A stretch of DNA of 64,000 bases from Candidatus Undinarchaeota archaeon (GCA_964519305.1 CAZFHY010000005.1:64001-128000), one strand, 5' to 3'; shown: positions 1-9,829, counted from the stretch's first letter. Notes: generated from the sequence alone by a model not told the origin. A program made the numbers and translations.

Positions 1-592
1 AGGGTACGTCCGTTGCAAGGGCCACGTCGAGCACGGCAGCCATCATCCGCTCAGGACCGCAAGCGTACACACGGTCAGCGTCTTCAAGAAAACTGTCCAT
101 CGATGCGGTGACGATGCCTGACACACCGCTGCTCCCATCGTCCGTGAATATGTGGAGCCCGCCCGTATCGTTGAACGTCTCCCTTAGGATTAACTGGTCG
201 GCCGTGCGCGCCCCTAGTAGTGTTGTCACCTCGTTCCTAGGTGCGAGCTCGCGTGCCAGGAATGCCAGTGGTGCGGCCCCCATCCCGCCGGCCACGAGCA
301 ACGTGTTCGCATCCTCCGTTAGGGTGAATCCTGTGCCGTAGGGTCCTCGGATACCGATGCTATCCCCAGCAGACCGGGCACAGAGTGATTGCGAGAACGG
401 GCCGACCGAACGCACGCAGATTGATAGAGGATCACTAGCGACAACGCTCATCGGTTTCTCGCCTTCACCCGGGACCCATACCATGGCGAACTGCCCGGGG
501 CGGACATCCCACGCAGAATCAAGTGTGAGCCGTACCGTATCAGTGCCCACCCGCTCGGTGTCCGTGACCGTTACTTTACTGGGCCTATCCAT
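1..592 (-). CDS. pyrK: Dihydroorotate dehydrogenase electron transfer subunit (3' end runs off the window)
   Basis: Not in the ORF track. Manual translation from ATG at 592 gives MDRPSKVTVTDTERVGTDTVRLTL...PGQFAMVWVPGEGEKPMS...GIRGPYGTGF...VAGGMGAAPL...YACGPERMM (FNR family). Overlaps the pyrD end. Confidence 0.9.
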   Translation of the reverse strand, partial: MDRPSKVTVTDTERVGTDTVRLTLDSAWDVRPGQFAMVWVPGEGEKPMSVVASDPLSICVRSVGPFSQSLCARSAGDSIGIRGPYGTGFTLTEDANTLLVAGGMGAAPLAFLARELAPRNEVTTLLGARTADQLILRETFNDTGGLHIFTDDGSSGVSGIVTASMDSFLEDADRVYACGPERMMAAVLDVALATDVP

Positions 593-1499
593 GGGCACCA
601 CCCACCAGGTCGGCCGCCCTTGAGAATCCGTTTGCGTCGAGGTATCCCCCGAGCTCACGATGTACCCGATCGAACACCTCTGGTCCGTGATAGGCGACAG
701 CGGTACCCAGTTGGACGGCAGAAGCGCCCGCGAGCATGAACTTGACCACGTCCTCCCCTGACACGGCTCCTCCTGAAGCGATGATGGGTATGTCGACCGC
801 TTCGTGTAGTCCGTACACCGCACGAAGGGCAACCGGAAGGATCGCGGGACCCGAGAGCCCGCCGAACTTGTTACCAAGGACCGGTCTGCGGAACCCTATG
901 TCTATATCCATGGCGGGGAGCGTGTTGATAGCGACGATCCCGTCGGCGCCGTTGGCCGCGAGGTCACGAGCCTGGTCCACAAGGGAGTGCGAGAACGGTA
1001 GCTTGACTAGCACCGGTCTTCGTGTCGCGTTCTTGGCGGCGGCGAGGATGGCGAGCAGGACATCGCGGTCCTGGGCGACGTGGATGCCCCCGTGACCGCG
1101 ACCGGCATGGGGGCATGAAGCGTTGACCTCCACAGCGTCGAAACCGTCCCCAAGTACCGTGATCACAGCGCCCACGTCCTCGGATGTGGGACCGTACACA
1201 CTGGCGATCAGCGGGACCTCGCTGGAGTCACGAGCGTCGGCAAGTTCCCTGGCGAATCCCTCGCACCCGCAGTTAGGGAGCCCCATGGCGTTGAGATAGC
1301 CCCCGGCGACCTCCACTACGTTCGGTCCCATGTAGCCGGGATTGGGCTCCCGTCCCACAGACTTAGTGACGATCGCCCCTGGCTTGTGCCGGGCCACCCG
1401 GAGGATGGCGCCCGCGGACGTGGCCAGGATGCCCGAGGCGAGCATGGTGGGGGCGACCAGCGCCCGTTCCAGCCCGATGTCAACAGTGAGATTTGCCAT
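585..1499 (-). CDS. pyrD: Dihydroorotate dehydrogenase family 1B catalytic subunit
   Basis: LASG, TKS, NAMGLPN, EVNASCPH, VKL, INTL and GGLSGPAI motifs. Confidence 0.95.
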   Translation of the reverse strand: MANLTVDIGLERALVAPTMLASGILATSAGAILRVARHKPGAIVTKSVGREPNPGYMGPNVVEVAGGYLNAMGLPNCGCEGFARELADARDSSEVPLIASVYGPTSEDVGAVITVLGDGFDAVEVNASCPHAGRGHGGIHVAQDRDVLLAILAAAKNATRRPVLVKLPFSHSLVDQARDLAANGADGIVAINTLPAMDIDIGFRRPVLGNKFGGLSGPAILPVALRAVYGLHEAVDIPIIASGGAVSGEDVVKFMLAGASAVQLGTAVAYHGPEVFDRVHRELGGYLDANGFSRAADLVGGAHG

Positions 1500-1502
1500 T
1501 GT

Positions 1503-1967
1503 CTACCCGGTGACGATGTTCTCCCCGACCTCGTTCCCCTGGAGTGTGCGCTCACAGTAGCGGCACCGTACCAGCACGGGGTCCGTTCCCTCAACAGTGA
1601 AGGACTGTCTCGGCTCTAGCCGGGTGATACATCGGGGATTGGGGCAACGGATGAGGTCCTCAACGGCCCCGGGGACGCTCAGGGTCCGCTTTTCTGCGAC
1701 CTTATAGTTGCGGATGATCGATACCGTGGCATTGGGGGCGACAAGGGCCACCTTGCTCTCCTCCTCCTGTGTAAGGATACGGTCCTCCATCTTGATTATG
1801 TCCTTTCTACCATGCTTCCCGCTGGCGAGGTTCGTACCGACCAGAAGGGTTTCCCCGTTGGCCGCCGTGAGGTCCAGCACCTTGGCGAGCACGAGGCCGT
1901 TCCCGGCCGGGACATGGTCGATCACGTAGCCGTTCGCGAGCTTCTGTACCTTCATGTCCGTGTCCAT
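1503..1967 (-). CDS. pyrI: Aspartate carbamoyltransferase regulatory chain
   Basis: GYVIDHVPAG, KDIIK, CPNPRCIT...CRYCE zinc motif. Confidence 0.97.
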   Translation of the reverse strand: MDTDMKVQKLANGYVIDHVPAGNGLVLAKVLDLTAANGETLLVGTNLASGKHGRKDIIKMEDRILTQEEESKVALVAPNATVSIIRNYKVAEKRTLSVPGAVEDLIRCPNPRCITRLEPRQSFTVEGTDPVLVRCRYCERTLQGNEVGENIVTG

Positions 1968-2899
1968 CAGGCGTCACCTCCGTTGATGAGCATCTCGAGC
2001 ACCGCCATCCGGACCGGTACTCCGTTGTAGGCCTGGTCGAAGTAAACAGCGTGGTCGGAGTGGTCCACGGATGTCTCGACCTCGTCCACACGGGGAAGCG
2101 GGTGCATGATGATGGCATCGCTCTTGAGCGAAGCGAGGGTGTCCTTAGTGATTCGATAGGAGCGCTGGAGGCGCTCGAGCTCCAAGGGATCGGCGAAGCG
2201 CTCTTTCTGTATGCGTACGACGTAGGCCGCATCCACGTCACCCAGGCTCGTCGCCGGATCGTGGGCCTCGGTGATGTTGGTCCCCCACTGCTGTCGCACC
2301 TCGTCCACCACCTCGGTGCTCATCTCCAGCCCCTTGGGCGCCACGAGGGCAACGTCCGCACCGAACATCCCCAGCGCGTAGGCCAGGGAACGGGTCGTCC
2401 GTGCATGCTTGAGGTCGCCCACGAGGGCTACCTTGAGATCGAAGGTCCCCTTGTGCTTCCAGATAGTGTAAAGGTCCAACAGGGTCTGTGTCGGGTGCTG
2501 GTTCGAGCCGTCCCCGCCGTTCACCACCGGTATGGATACGGCCTCTGACGCCAGCCGGGCCGCGCCTTCATACGGGTGACGCATGACTATAGCGTCGGCG
2601 TACTGTTCCACGGTGCGTATCGTGTCCGAGAGGGTTTCGCCCTTTTCCACTGATGTACCCTTTGGGGATGAGAACCCGGTGACCATCCCCCCCAGGCACT
2701 TCGCGGCGGTCTCGAAGCTCAGCCGTGTGCGGGTGCTCGGCTCGAAGAATAGCGATGCGATCATCCGTCCGGCGAGGCTCCGAGGGGGATCCCGCGCCTT
2801 CAGGCGCTCGTCCATGACACGCGCCCGCTCCAAGATACCCGTGACTTGGGTCTTGGAGAGGTCGCGCATGGAGATTATGTCCTTATCCAGCAGCGACAT
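1967..2899 (-). CDS. pyrB: Aspartate carbamoyltransferase catalytic chain
   Basis: FFEPSTRTRLSFE, KGETL.DT, HPTQTLLD, HPLPR motifs. Confidence 0.98.
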   Translation of the reverse strand: MSLLDKDIISMRDLSKTQVTGILERARVMDERLKARDPPRSLAGRMIASLFFEPSTRTRLSFETAAKCLGGMVTGFSSPKGTSVEKGETLSDTIRTVEQYADAIVMRHPYEGAARLASEAVSIPVVNGGDGSNQHPTQTLLDLYTIWKHKGTFDLKVALVGDLKHARTTRSLAYALGMFGADVALVAPKGLEMSTEVVDEVRQQWGTNITEAHDPATSLGDVDAAYVVRIQKERFADPLELERLQRSYRITKDTLASLKSDAIIMHPLPRVDEVETSVDHSDHAVYFDQAYNGVPVRMAVLEMLINGGDA

Positions 2900-2920
2900 G
2901 GAGGTTGGCTCTACTTCACC

Positions 2921-2930
2921 ATTTAAGTAT
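2921..2930 (-). promoter_or_regulatory. Putative TATA box of the pyr operon
   Basis: Minus strand ATACTTAAAT about 25 nt upstream of the pyrB ATG, typical archaeal spacing for a near-leaderless transcript. Confidence 0.5.
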
Positions 2931-3170
2931 CTTTACTTTACATAGGTTTTGGAGGCGAATAGGGGGTCCTGCCATGATCGCGCGGGGCCGTCCCCCCGCG
3001 CTCAACCGCGACCAAAGGTCGAGCTATCGTGTATCAATAATACAAGAGAACGCGGGCGCCCAGTCTGTCCTTTACAGCGATAGACCTCGAACAGCCCGGG
3101 GTGCGTCATCTAAAAACGGTTATACACGCTCACCGTTTAAATATCGATGCTTTGGGGTTCGGGCGCTAGC

Positions 3171-3698
3171 TCATCGAGCGGGCCGGGGACGGAGCCGTGT
3201 CGATACTAGCTCCATGGAGATCGTGTGCTCCCGAGAAGTGCGGTACGGGGAGACTGCGTCAACGGCCCACCAACCTTCGGCATTGAGCTCACGTTCCGCT
3301 CCACGTCGCTCTGCTCTGAACACGTCCACACGCAGTGAACCACAGGCAGCCTCATAGAATGTACGGTCGAGCGCGACCCGTGCTATCCCATCGATATCGG
3401 TGACCGCTGATGCGGTGGGACCTTCCAGCGCAGGTGGCGGTGTGGTCTCGCCGATGTCCGTGCGTGCGGCCCCTACCTCGTTCCGTGAGGCACACTGCAG
3501 CGCCGCTAAGGTCACAATGGCGCCGGCGGCTGGACCGCCCCCTTCATATCGTGCGGTGACTGTCACCACGCCCGCCGTGGCCCCGGCCCGGCCTCTAGGA
3601 GCAGGGATATGTGGTGTAAAGAGGATTACGATCGCTACGCACACGATGAGCACGATCAGGAGCCTGTTGGTATGGGTTAAGGGCTGTTCGTCTCCCAT
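3171..3698 (-). CDS. Hypothetical membrane-anchored protein, possible prealbumin-like (carboxypeptidase-regulatory-like) fold
   Basis: N-terminal hydrophobic helix (LLIVLIVCVAIVILF); VTVTARYEGGGPAAGAIVTL...AVTDIDGIARV pattern. Confidence 0.55.
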   Translation of the reverse strand: MGDEQPLTHTNRLLIVLIVCVAIVILFTPHIPAPRGRAGATAGVVTVTARYEGGGPAAGAIVTLAALQCASRNEVGAARTDIGETTPPPALEGPTASAVTDIDGIARVALDRTFYEAACGSLRVDVFRAERRGAERELNAEGWWAVDAVSPYRTSREHTISMELVSTRLRPRPAR

Positions 3699-3757
3699 TG
3701 TGGTCGATCAGGGTATGAACGCCCATCTTCTTATGTATTTCCACGCAGCACATCCTC

Positions 3758-4276
3758 GTGCGATCGGTCCTCTTATACTGCGAGCGACAGTGCGACCCGC
3801 GCAAGTGCACGGCCATGAAGCTAATCAGGTTCGGGCTGGCCCGAGAGGTGCGCTCGATCCCCGCTCGCTCGGTGCTCCTGGATCCCACCAGTGAGAAAGT
3901 GCTCTCCCAAGAGGACGTGGGATCGCGAACACCGGTCGTTGCCCTGGACTGCTCTTGGAACCGGGGGGTCGAGATCTTCACCGATCCACGCCTCTCGCGA
4001 CGGGGCGTGCGAAAGCGGGCTCTGCCATATCTCGTTGCCGCCAATCCAACCAATTACGGGAAACCGACCAAGCTCTCAACGGTCGAGGCACTGTGCGCGG
4101 CGCTCTTCATTCTTGGGGATAAAGAGCAAGCAAAACAGCTCATAGCCCCATTCCGGTGGGGCCATTCCTTCCTGTCACTTAACGAAAACCTTTTAAGAAG
4201 GTATTCCAAAGCAGTCTCTCCCTCGGAAATCCTGTCAATCCAGGCCGAGGTTATGAGTGATGATCATGGCGCTTGA
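3758..4276 (+). CDS. tsr3: 16S rRNA aminocarboxypropyltransferase Tsr3
   Basis: QCDPRKCTA.KL, LDCSW, RALPYLVAANPTNYGKP.KLSTVEAL, F.WGHSFL.LN motifs. Confidence 0.95.
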   Translation: MRSVLLYCERQCDPRKCTAMKLIRFGLAREVRSIPARSVLLDPTSEKVLSQEDVGSRTPVVALDCSWNRGVEIFTDPRLSRRGVRKRALPYLVAANPTNYGKPTKLSTVEALCAALFILGDKEQAKQLIAPFRWGHSFLSLNENLLRRYSKAVSPSEILSIQAEVMSDDHGA

Positions 4277-4439
4277 TCCCGTCGTAGAGCAGAGGATGTT
4301 CTCCAACGTGTTCGTCTGCATGCGGTGCAACGCCCGGAACCGCGCGGCCTCCATAAAGGTCCGCCAGGGTAAGATCCACTGCCGCAAGTGCGGATACAAT
4401 AGACTGCGAGTGAGGAAGAAGGGCTCCGGTAAGGCCTGA
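4266..4439 (+). CDS. rpl40e: 50S ribosomal protein L40e
   Basis: VCMRCNARN...CRKCGY..LR..KK zinc ribbon. Confidence 0.95.
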   Translation: MALDPVVEQRMFSNVFVCMRCNARNRAASIKVRQGKIHCRKCGYNRLRVRKKGSGKA

Positions 4440-5284
4440 TGTGGGTATTTGCCGAGGTGCTCCGTCCCGCCAACTGCCTTATGGCAGCGGCGGCCGTGCC
4501 CTTGGGGGCAGAGGTCGCCTTGGGGGCCGGAATAGGGCCCGGTGTCCTCCCAGCAGCCACGACTGTGTTCCTTATTTGCGGGGCAGGTAATGTCGTTAAT
4601 GACTACTACGATCGCGATATCGACGCGGTCAATGCTCCCGAACGCCCCATCCCCTCCGGTAGGCTCTCACCGCAGGGTGCTCAAGCGTACGCGATAATCC
4701 TCTTCCTCGCAGGTGTGGGACTGGCCGCCACCATCAACACGTACGCACTCGCTATCGCCGCTCTCGCGGCCGTCCTCCTCGCCGCCTATGCCCACAGCGG
4801 CAAGCGCATGGGCATCTGGGGCAATCTCATAGTCTCGCTCCTTGTCGGTCTTACTATCGTGTACGGTGGCGTCGCCGTCGCTGCTAATGACATCATTGCG
4901 CTACAACGCGTGGGTGTGCTCGGGATGTGCGCCCTACTTGCCAATCTCGGTCGCGAGCTGGTCAAGGACATCGAGGACCTGGAGGGCGACCTCACCGAGG
5001 ACGCCCAGAGCGTCCCGGCAGTTCACGGCCCTGAACGCGCACGCTCACTCGCCACGGCCTCCCTCAGTACGGCAATCCTGCTAGGATTCCTGCCCGTGTA
5101 CCTCGGGTTCCTCACGTCCACATACTATATCATGACCATCCTCATCGCCGATGCGCTGTTCGCCGCCGCAGCGGCCCAGCTCTTCCAGGGGCAGCTCACA
5201 AGCGACTCGGCCGGCCGTTCACAGCGGATTATAAAGTTTGGCATGTTCTGTGCTCTCATAGCGTTCCTAGTAGGTAACCGGTGA
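4439..5284 (+). CDS. Digeranylgeranylglyceryl phosphate synthase (UbiA family)
   Basis: RPANC, NDYYDRDIDAVNAPERPIPSG, RELVKDIEDLEGD motifs; multiple TM helices; adjacent to GGGPS. Confidence 0.92.
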   Translation: MWVFAEVLRPANCLMAAAAVPLGAEVALGAGIGPGVLPAATTVFLICGAGNVVNDYYDRDIDAVNAPERPIPSGRLSPQGAQAYAIILFLAGVGLAATINTYALAIAALAAVLLAAYAHSGKRMGIWGNLIVSLLVGLTIVYGGVAVAANDIIALQRVGVLGMCALLANLGRELVKDIEDLEGDLTEDAQSVPAVHGPERARSLATASLSTAILLGFLPVYLGFLTSTYYIMTILIADALFAAAAAQLFQGQLTSDSAGRSQRIIKFGMFCALIAFLVGNR

Positions 5285-5289
5285 TCATC

Positions 5290-6045
5290 ATGGCATACAA
5301 CAGATCAAAGACCGTGTACGAGCATCTTACGTCCCTCCTCCCTAAGGGGCGTTTGCACTTCACACTTATCGACCCTGCCGCTCAGTCGCCCGAGGAGGCT
5401 GCCAACACGGCGCGGGTCGCCGAAGAGGTAGGCAGCGATGTCATCCTTTTGGGCGGTTCCACCGGCGCGTCCCAGCTGCTCGACGCGACGGGTGCCGCGA
5501 TCAGAGAGGCCTGCTCTCTGCCCGTGGTGCTCTTCCCCGGCAATGTCGACGGCATCACACCCAACGCCGATGCAGTGCTCTTCATGAGCCTGCTCAACTC
5601 CATGAACCACTACTGGGTCATTGGTGCCCAGGCCTTGGGTGCACCCACGATCAAGCGGATGGGTATCGAGCCCATCCCAATGGGCTACATCGTCGTGGAG
5701 CCCGGGGGCACCGTGGGTTGGGTCGGAGAGGCCAAGCTGATGCCCCGGTCCAAGCCCGAACTGGCGGCATGCTACGCTCTTGCCGCTCAGTACATGGGTA
5801 TGCGGCTCGTGTATCTCGAGGCCGGCTCTGGCGCCGATGCTCCTATTCCCGCAGAGATGATCGCCGCTGTGCGCGGCACGATCGACATCCCCATCATCGT
5901 GGGCGGGGGTATCCGGACACCGGAGCATGCCCGGAACGTCGTGAAGGCCGGTGCTGACATCGTCGTTACAGGCACAGTGCTCGAAGAGAAGGGCGGAGCA
6001 TCCGAGACCTTCAAGCAGATCGTGGCTGCTGTCAAGGGCACCTAA
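5290..6045 (+). CDS. Geranylgeranylglyceryl phosphate synthase (group II)
   Basis: HFTLIDP, GGSTG, LFPG, FMSLLNS, YLEAGSGA, VGGGIR, VTGT motifs. Confidence 0.96.
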   Translation: MAYNRSKTVYEHLTSLLPKGRLHFTLIDPAAQSPEEAANTARVAEEVGSDVILLGGSTGASQLLDATGAAIREACSLPVVLFPGNVDGITPNADAVLFMSLLNSMNHYWVIGAQALGAPTIKRMGIEPIPMGYIVVEPGGTVGWVGEAKLMPRSKPELAACYALAAQYMGMRLVYLEAGSGADAPIPAEMIAAVRGTIDIPIIVGGGIRTPEHARNVVKAGADIVVTGTVLEEKGGASETFKQIVAAVKGT

Positions 6046-6055
6046 CGGACGAGTA

Positions 6056-6087
6056 TGACCCCGGGGGCATTGCCCCCAGGGGGGTCA
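6056..6087. repeat. GC-rich inverted repeat downstream of GGGPS (possible terminator or REP-like element)
   Basis: TGACCCC-GGGGGCA-T-TGCCCCC-AGG-GGGGTCA; a second small inverted repeat GGGTTTA...TAAACCC at 6110-6135. Confidence 0.55.
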
Positions 6088-6293
6088 GGGCTCCAGAATG
6101 TCCACATCCGGGTTTAGAATCCCTTCGGTAAACCCACAACCCATCATTCCCATGGCCGAGGATCGGGGGAGGATTATAAGGGTGAGGGTGAAGTGACCCT
6201 GTAATCTACTGGCGTTATCCTCCACCATCAATTAATTGGCCTTGTGGGGTCGCTGCCGTCATGATTTTATTGTTAGCGTCCGTCCCACCCATC

Positions 6294-7448
6294 ATGGTCG
6301 ACCTCATCGCCCTGGGTATGAACACCCGCCCGGTCGTGGAGTCGCTAATCCACGCCGGTTACAGTGTTGCCGCTGCGGACGTGTTCGGTGATGAGGACCT
6401 AAGGGATGCTGCTGAGCTCGTTGTGGCATTGAGCGACGACGAGGGTGCCTTCGACTTCGATGCAGCTCGCTTGGTCGAGCTCGCCAACGGTCTCGCCACG
6501 ACTACCGGATGCACTACCTTCTTCCCCACATCAGGATTCGACCGATGTCCGGAGGTGCTCGCAGGCCTGAAGGGCGAGGTACTGGGAACATCGCCCGAGA
6601 CCATGCGACAGGCCAAGGACGTGCGCGCGCTCAAGACAATTGGTATCCCGATCCCCCGCTCGATCTGGGTGCGGGACCAGCACCATATCGAAGAGGCCGC
6701 GGAACGGATCGGTTATCCTTGTGTGATCAAACCGCCCGTAGGCTCGGCGGGGGTGGGAGTGCGGCTCGTCCAGCATCCGAACGAGCTCCATACCCGGGAG
6801 GACTACTCTGACAGCGGTTTCCCAGAGGAGGGCATTCTCGTACAAGAGCATGTCCCCGGTGCGCCTCTGTCTGCGAGCTTCCTGGCCGATGGTCGACAAT
6901 CGCTCCTTGTGGGGACGAACCGTCAGCTATTGGGTGAGCCGTGGTTGGGTGTTGACGGTTACCAGTTCTGTGGATGCTTGTCACCAGCACCCGTGCCCGG
7001 GCAAGTGCATGAAGAACTGACCGCACTTGGCTCGGTGTTGACGTCCCGGCTAGGGCTACGTGGCTCGTTCGGGATCGACTTTGCGCTCCGTGACGGATCG
7101 CTGGTTGTGTTCGAGGTCAATCCCCGCACACAGTCGACGCTCGATACGCTCGACCGCGCCCTCGATCTTTCCATCGGTCAGCTCCATGTCGAGGCATCCC
7201 GGGAACGCCTGCCTGACGAGCTCCCACGTTCCGGGAGCGACGTCTGGGGGAAAGCGATCGTGTACGCCAGAGCGAACGGTCCGGCACCGAAGCTGTCGGA
7301 CGTGTCGGACCGCCCTGCACAGGGTACTCCGCTCGAGAAAGGCGAACCCGTGTGCACGGTCCTGGCCAAGGGTTGTTCGTTCGATGATGCACTGGCCGGG
7401 CTGCAGGAGCGTGCGGCCGAGGTCTATCGTGTGCTGGAGGAGAGCTAA
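6294..7448 (+). CDS. ATP-grasp carboligase (COG2232-like, possibly C1-carrier cofactor biosynthesis)
   Basis: DVFGDEDL, IKPPVGSAGVGV, VQEHVPG, GSFGIDF, FEVNPR, GEPVCTV motifs. Confidence 0.8.
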   Translation: MVDLIALGMNTRPVVESLIHAGYSVAAADVFGDEDLRDAAELVVALSDDEGAFDFDAARLVELANGLATTTGCTTFFPTSGFDRCPEVLAGLKGEVLGTSPETMRQAKDVRALKTIGIPIPRSIWVRDQHHIEEAAERIGYPCVIKPPVGSAGVGVRLVQHPNELHTREDYSDSGFPEEGILVQEHVPGAPLSASFLADGRQSLLVGTNRQLLGEPWLGVDGYQFCGCLSPAPVPGQVHEELTALGSVLTSRLGLRGSFGIDFALRDGSLVVFEVNPRTQSTLDTLDRALDLSIGQLHVEASRERLPDELPRSGSDVWGKAIVYARANGPAPKLSDVSDRPAQGTPLEKGEPVCTVLAKGCSFDDALAGLQERAAEVYRVLEES

Positions 7449-8587
7449 CCCTCCACCTTCACCATCCGGACCGTGTTGAACCCTACCGTAACGCGAAGAT
7501 AGCCCTTCTTGGTGAACTCCCGGTCCAGACCACGGTCGCCGGTGTCCACGCGGAGGACGGGTGTCTTCGCCAGCTTCGAGGCCGTGGCCAGTATCATAAT
7601 ACAGTCCATACCGATCGCACGGACCACCTGTGGCGAGAGCTGCTGGTTCCCTCTCCCAAGGATGAATCCCTGGGCGCCGATAGGTGTGAGGACCAGGCAC
7701 CGGGGCCGGTCAGCATGTTCCTCAAGGATGTTCAGGAGGGTCTTCTCGTCCGCGTCCTTAGCTATTATCTTCCGGTCTAGGACAACATCGATGCCCAAGA
7801 CCGTGAGACCGAGCCCTAGGCGTCTGCCCACGGCCTCCACCGTGGAGCCAGAACCCAGAATGTAGAGGGTGTCCGGATTCCGTCGCATCTCGAACACGAC
7901 CGTCATCGCCATCTCGTCCTTGAGCTCGTCCTCGTCCACGCGTTCGAATCCCATCTTCCCTGACTGGATGTAGGTGGGTTCCGCGAGCGTCCTTGCAGCA
8001 GCATGGAGCCGGACCTCGACCCGGTCGTCCCGGAACGCGTCCTCGTCCAGGTCCAGCACCTCCGCGTCCGCTCCACCCACCTGGCCATGGAGGTAGTCCC
8101 AGATTACCTGGGCACAGCTCGCGGGATGGATCCCGAACACACCCGAGTACATCTTCACGCCCGAAGGGATTCCCATCACAGGGACCTTGGTCCCCGTCAC
8201 GGACACGACGTCACGTGCCGTGCCATCTCCACCGCAGAACACGACGAACTCGACCCCATGTTCCAGGAACGCGCGGACTGCGCCCTCGGTGTCCACGGCA
8301 GTGGTGGCATCAGCGTGGTCATGGACCACTTCGATCCGGGCATCGGGGAGAGCTGATAGAGCGTCGGCGCCCATCGAGCCCGCACTGGTCACCCATTCGA
8401 TGGCCAGGGGCTTGTTCTCTGCGAGCTGTATAAGCGCGTCCATAGTCTCCCGGGCCTTGCCGGGCGCCACGGGCTCAGCACCCCGCGCCCGGGCCTCGTC
8501 CACCACACCATCGGTGCCCTTGAGCGCCACGCGTCCGCCCATTCCGGCGATGGGATTCACCACGAATCCGATGCGCCTGGGCTCCAC
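7445..8587 (-). CDS. ATP-NAD kinase/AcoX family protein
   Basis: VNPIAGMGGRVALKGTDG, GGDGTARDV, GIPSGVKMYSGVF, GRGNQQLS motifs. Confidence 0.88.
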   Translation of the reverse strand: MEPRRIGFVVNPIAGMGGRVALKGTDGVVDEARARGAEPVAPGKARETMDALIQLAENKPLAIEWVTSAGSMGADALSALPDARIEVVHDHADATTAVDTEGAVRAFLEHGVEFVVFCGGDGTARDVVSVTGTKVPVMGIPSGVKMYSGVFGIHPASCAQVIWDYLHGQVGGADAEVLDLDEDAFRDDRVEVRLHAAARTLAEPTYIQSGKMGFERVDEDELKDEMAMTVVFEMRRNPDTLYILGSGSTVEAVGRRLGLGLTVLGIDVVLDRKIIAKDADEKTLLNILEEHADRPRCLVLTPIGAQGFILGRGNQQLSPQVVRAIGMDCIMILATASKLAKTPVLRVDTGDRGLDREFTKKGYLRVTVGFNTVRMVKVEG

Positions 8588-8609
8588 TATAGCGGGCCTC
8601 CGGAAATCC

Positions 8610-9791
8610 TCAGATGATACCCAGCTTCTTACCGTTGCGCTCCAGGACCTCGAGCGCGGTGTCCAGGTCCTCGCGGGTGTGCCCGGCGTTCATCATCGTA
8701 CGGATGCGTGCCTTGTCCTTGGCCACCATGGGGAACACGATGGGAAGGGCGAACACACCGTCGGCGATGATGGCGTCCGACAGGGCCTTGGCGTTCTTCG
8801 ACTCGCCCACGATGACAGGTGTGATGGCCGTGTCCGAGTGACCGCAGTCGAAACCCATGGCCTCGAGCTGGGCCTTGAAGTAGCGGATGTTCTCCCACAG
8901 GACCTTGTGGTGCTGAGGTTCATCTTCCAGCACCGATATGGCCGCATCGCAGGCGGCCGCAACGGCCGGTGGATGCGATCCGGAGAGCAGCCATGTGCGC
9001 GACTTGTTCAGAGCGAAGTTCTTCAGGTCCTGTGTGCCCGATACATAGCCACCGACGACACCGAACGCCTTTGAGAAGGTCCCCATCTCCACGTCGACCC
9101 TCCCTTCGAGACCGAAATGAGAGACTATGCCGCGACCGCCCTCGCCGATAACGCCCTCACCATGGGCGTCGTCCACGTAGGTCATGGCGCCGTACTCCTC
9201 GGCAAGCTTGACTATGTTGTCCATGGGAGCTATGTCGCCGTCCATGGAGAACACACCGTCCGTGATGATGAGGATGCGCTTGAAGTCCTTGTCAGCGTCC
9301 TTGAGCACCCGTGCCAGGTCCGTCATGTCGTTGTGGGCGTACACGCCCTTGTTGGCCTTGGAAAGACGGACGCCATCGATGATGCTGCCATGATTGAGCT
9401 CGTCGGAGATGATTATGTCGCCGGCCCCCACGAGCTGGGGGATGAGACCTGCATTGGCCGCGAACCCGGTCTGATACACCAAGGCCGCCTCGACGTCCTT
9501 GAACCGGGCCAGATGCGCCTCCAGTGCTTCATGGATGTCCATGTTCCCGGCGATGGCCCGCACGGAGCCCGAACCGGCACCGTGGGTCTTGACCGCGTCA
9601 ATGGCCGCCTGCTTTATCTTCGGATGGTTGGAGAGGTTGAGGTAGTTGTTCGAGCAGAGCATGATGACATCGCGGCCATCGATGGTGCACCGGGGGGTGC
9701 TCGGCCCTTGTAGGACCTTGAGCCTCCAGTCGAGGTTCTCGTTGACCAGTCGTTCATACTCCTGTTTCAGGAATGCTTTAGAGTCGCGCAT
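8610..9791 (-). CDS. kbl: Glycine C-acetyltransferase (2-amino-3-ketobutyrate CoA ligase)
   Basis: SNNYL, NHGSIIDG, DGVFSMDGD, DDAHG, GTFSKAFG motifs; directly downstream of tdh. Confidence 0.93.
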   Translation of the reverse strand: MRDSKAFLKQEYERLVNENLDWRLKVLQGPSTPRCTIDGRDVIMLCSNNYLNLSNHPKIKQAAIDAVKTHGAGSGSVRAIAGNMDIHEALEAHLARFKDVEAALVYQTGFAANAGLIPQLVGAGDIIISDELNHGSIIDGVRLSKANKGVYAHNDMTDLARVLKDADKDFKRILIITDGVFSMDGDIAPMDNIVKLAEEYGAMTYVDDAHGEGVIGEGGRGIVSHFGLEGRVDVEMGTFSKAFGVVGGYVSGTQDLKNFALNKSRTWLLSGSHPPAVAAACDAAISVLEDEPQHHKVLWENIRYFKAQLEAMGFDCGHSDTAITPVIVGESKNAKALSDAIIADGVFALPIVFPMVAKDKARIRTMMNAGHTREDLDTALEVLERNGKKLGII

Positions 9792-9829
9792 GGCTCCTTC
9801 CTCCGTGTCGTGATGACCGTGACGGCGAT

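Noticed and set aside
2905-3357. 150-aa + strand ORF
   Set aside because: Starts inside the pyrB promoter region, is Arg/Ser-rich without motifs, and overlaps the 3171-3698 gene.
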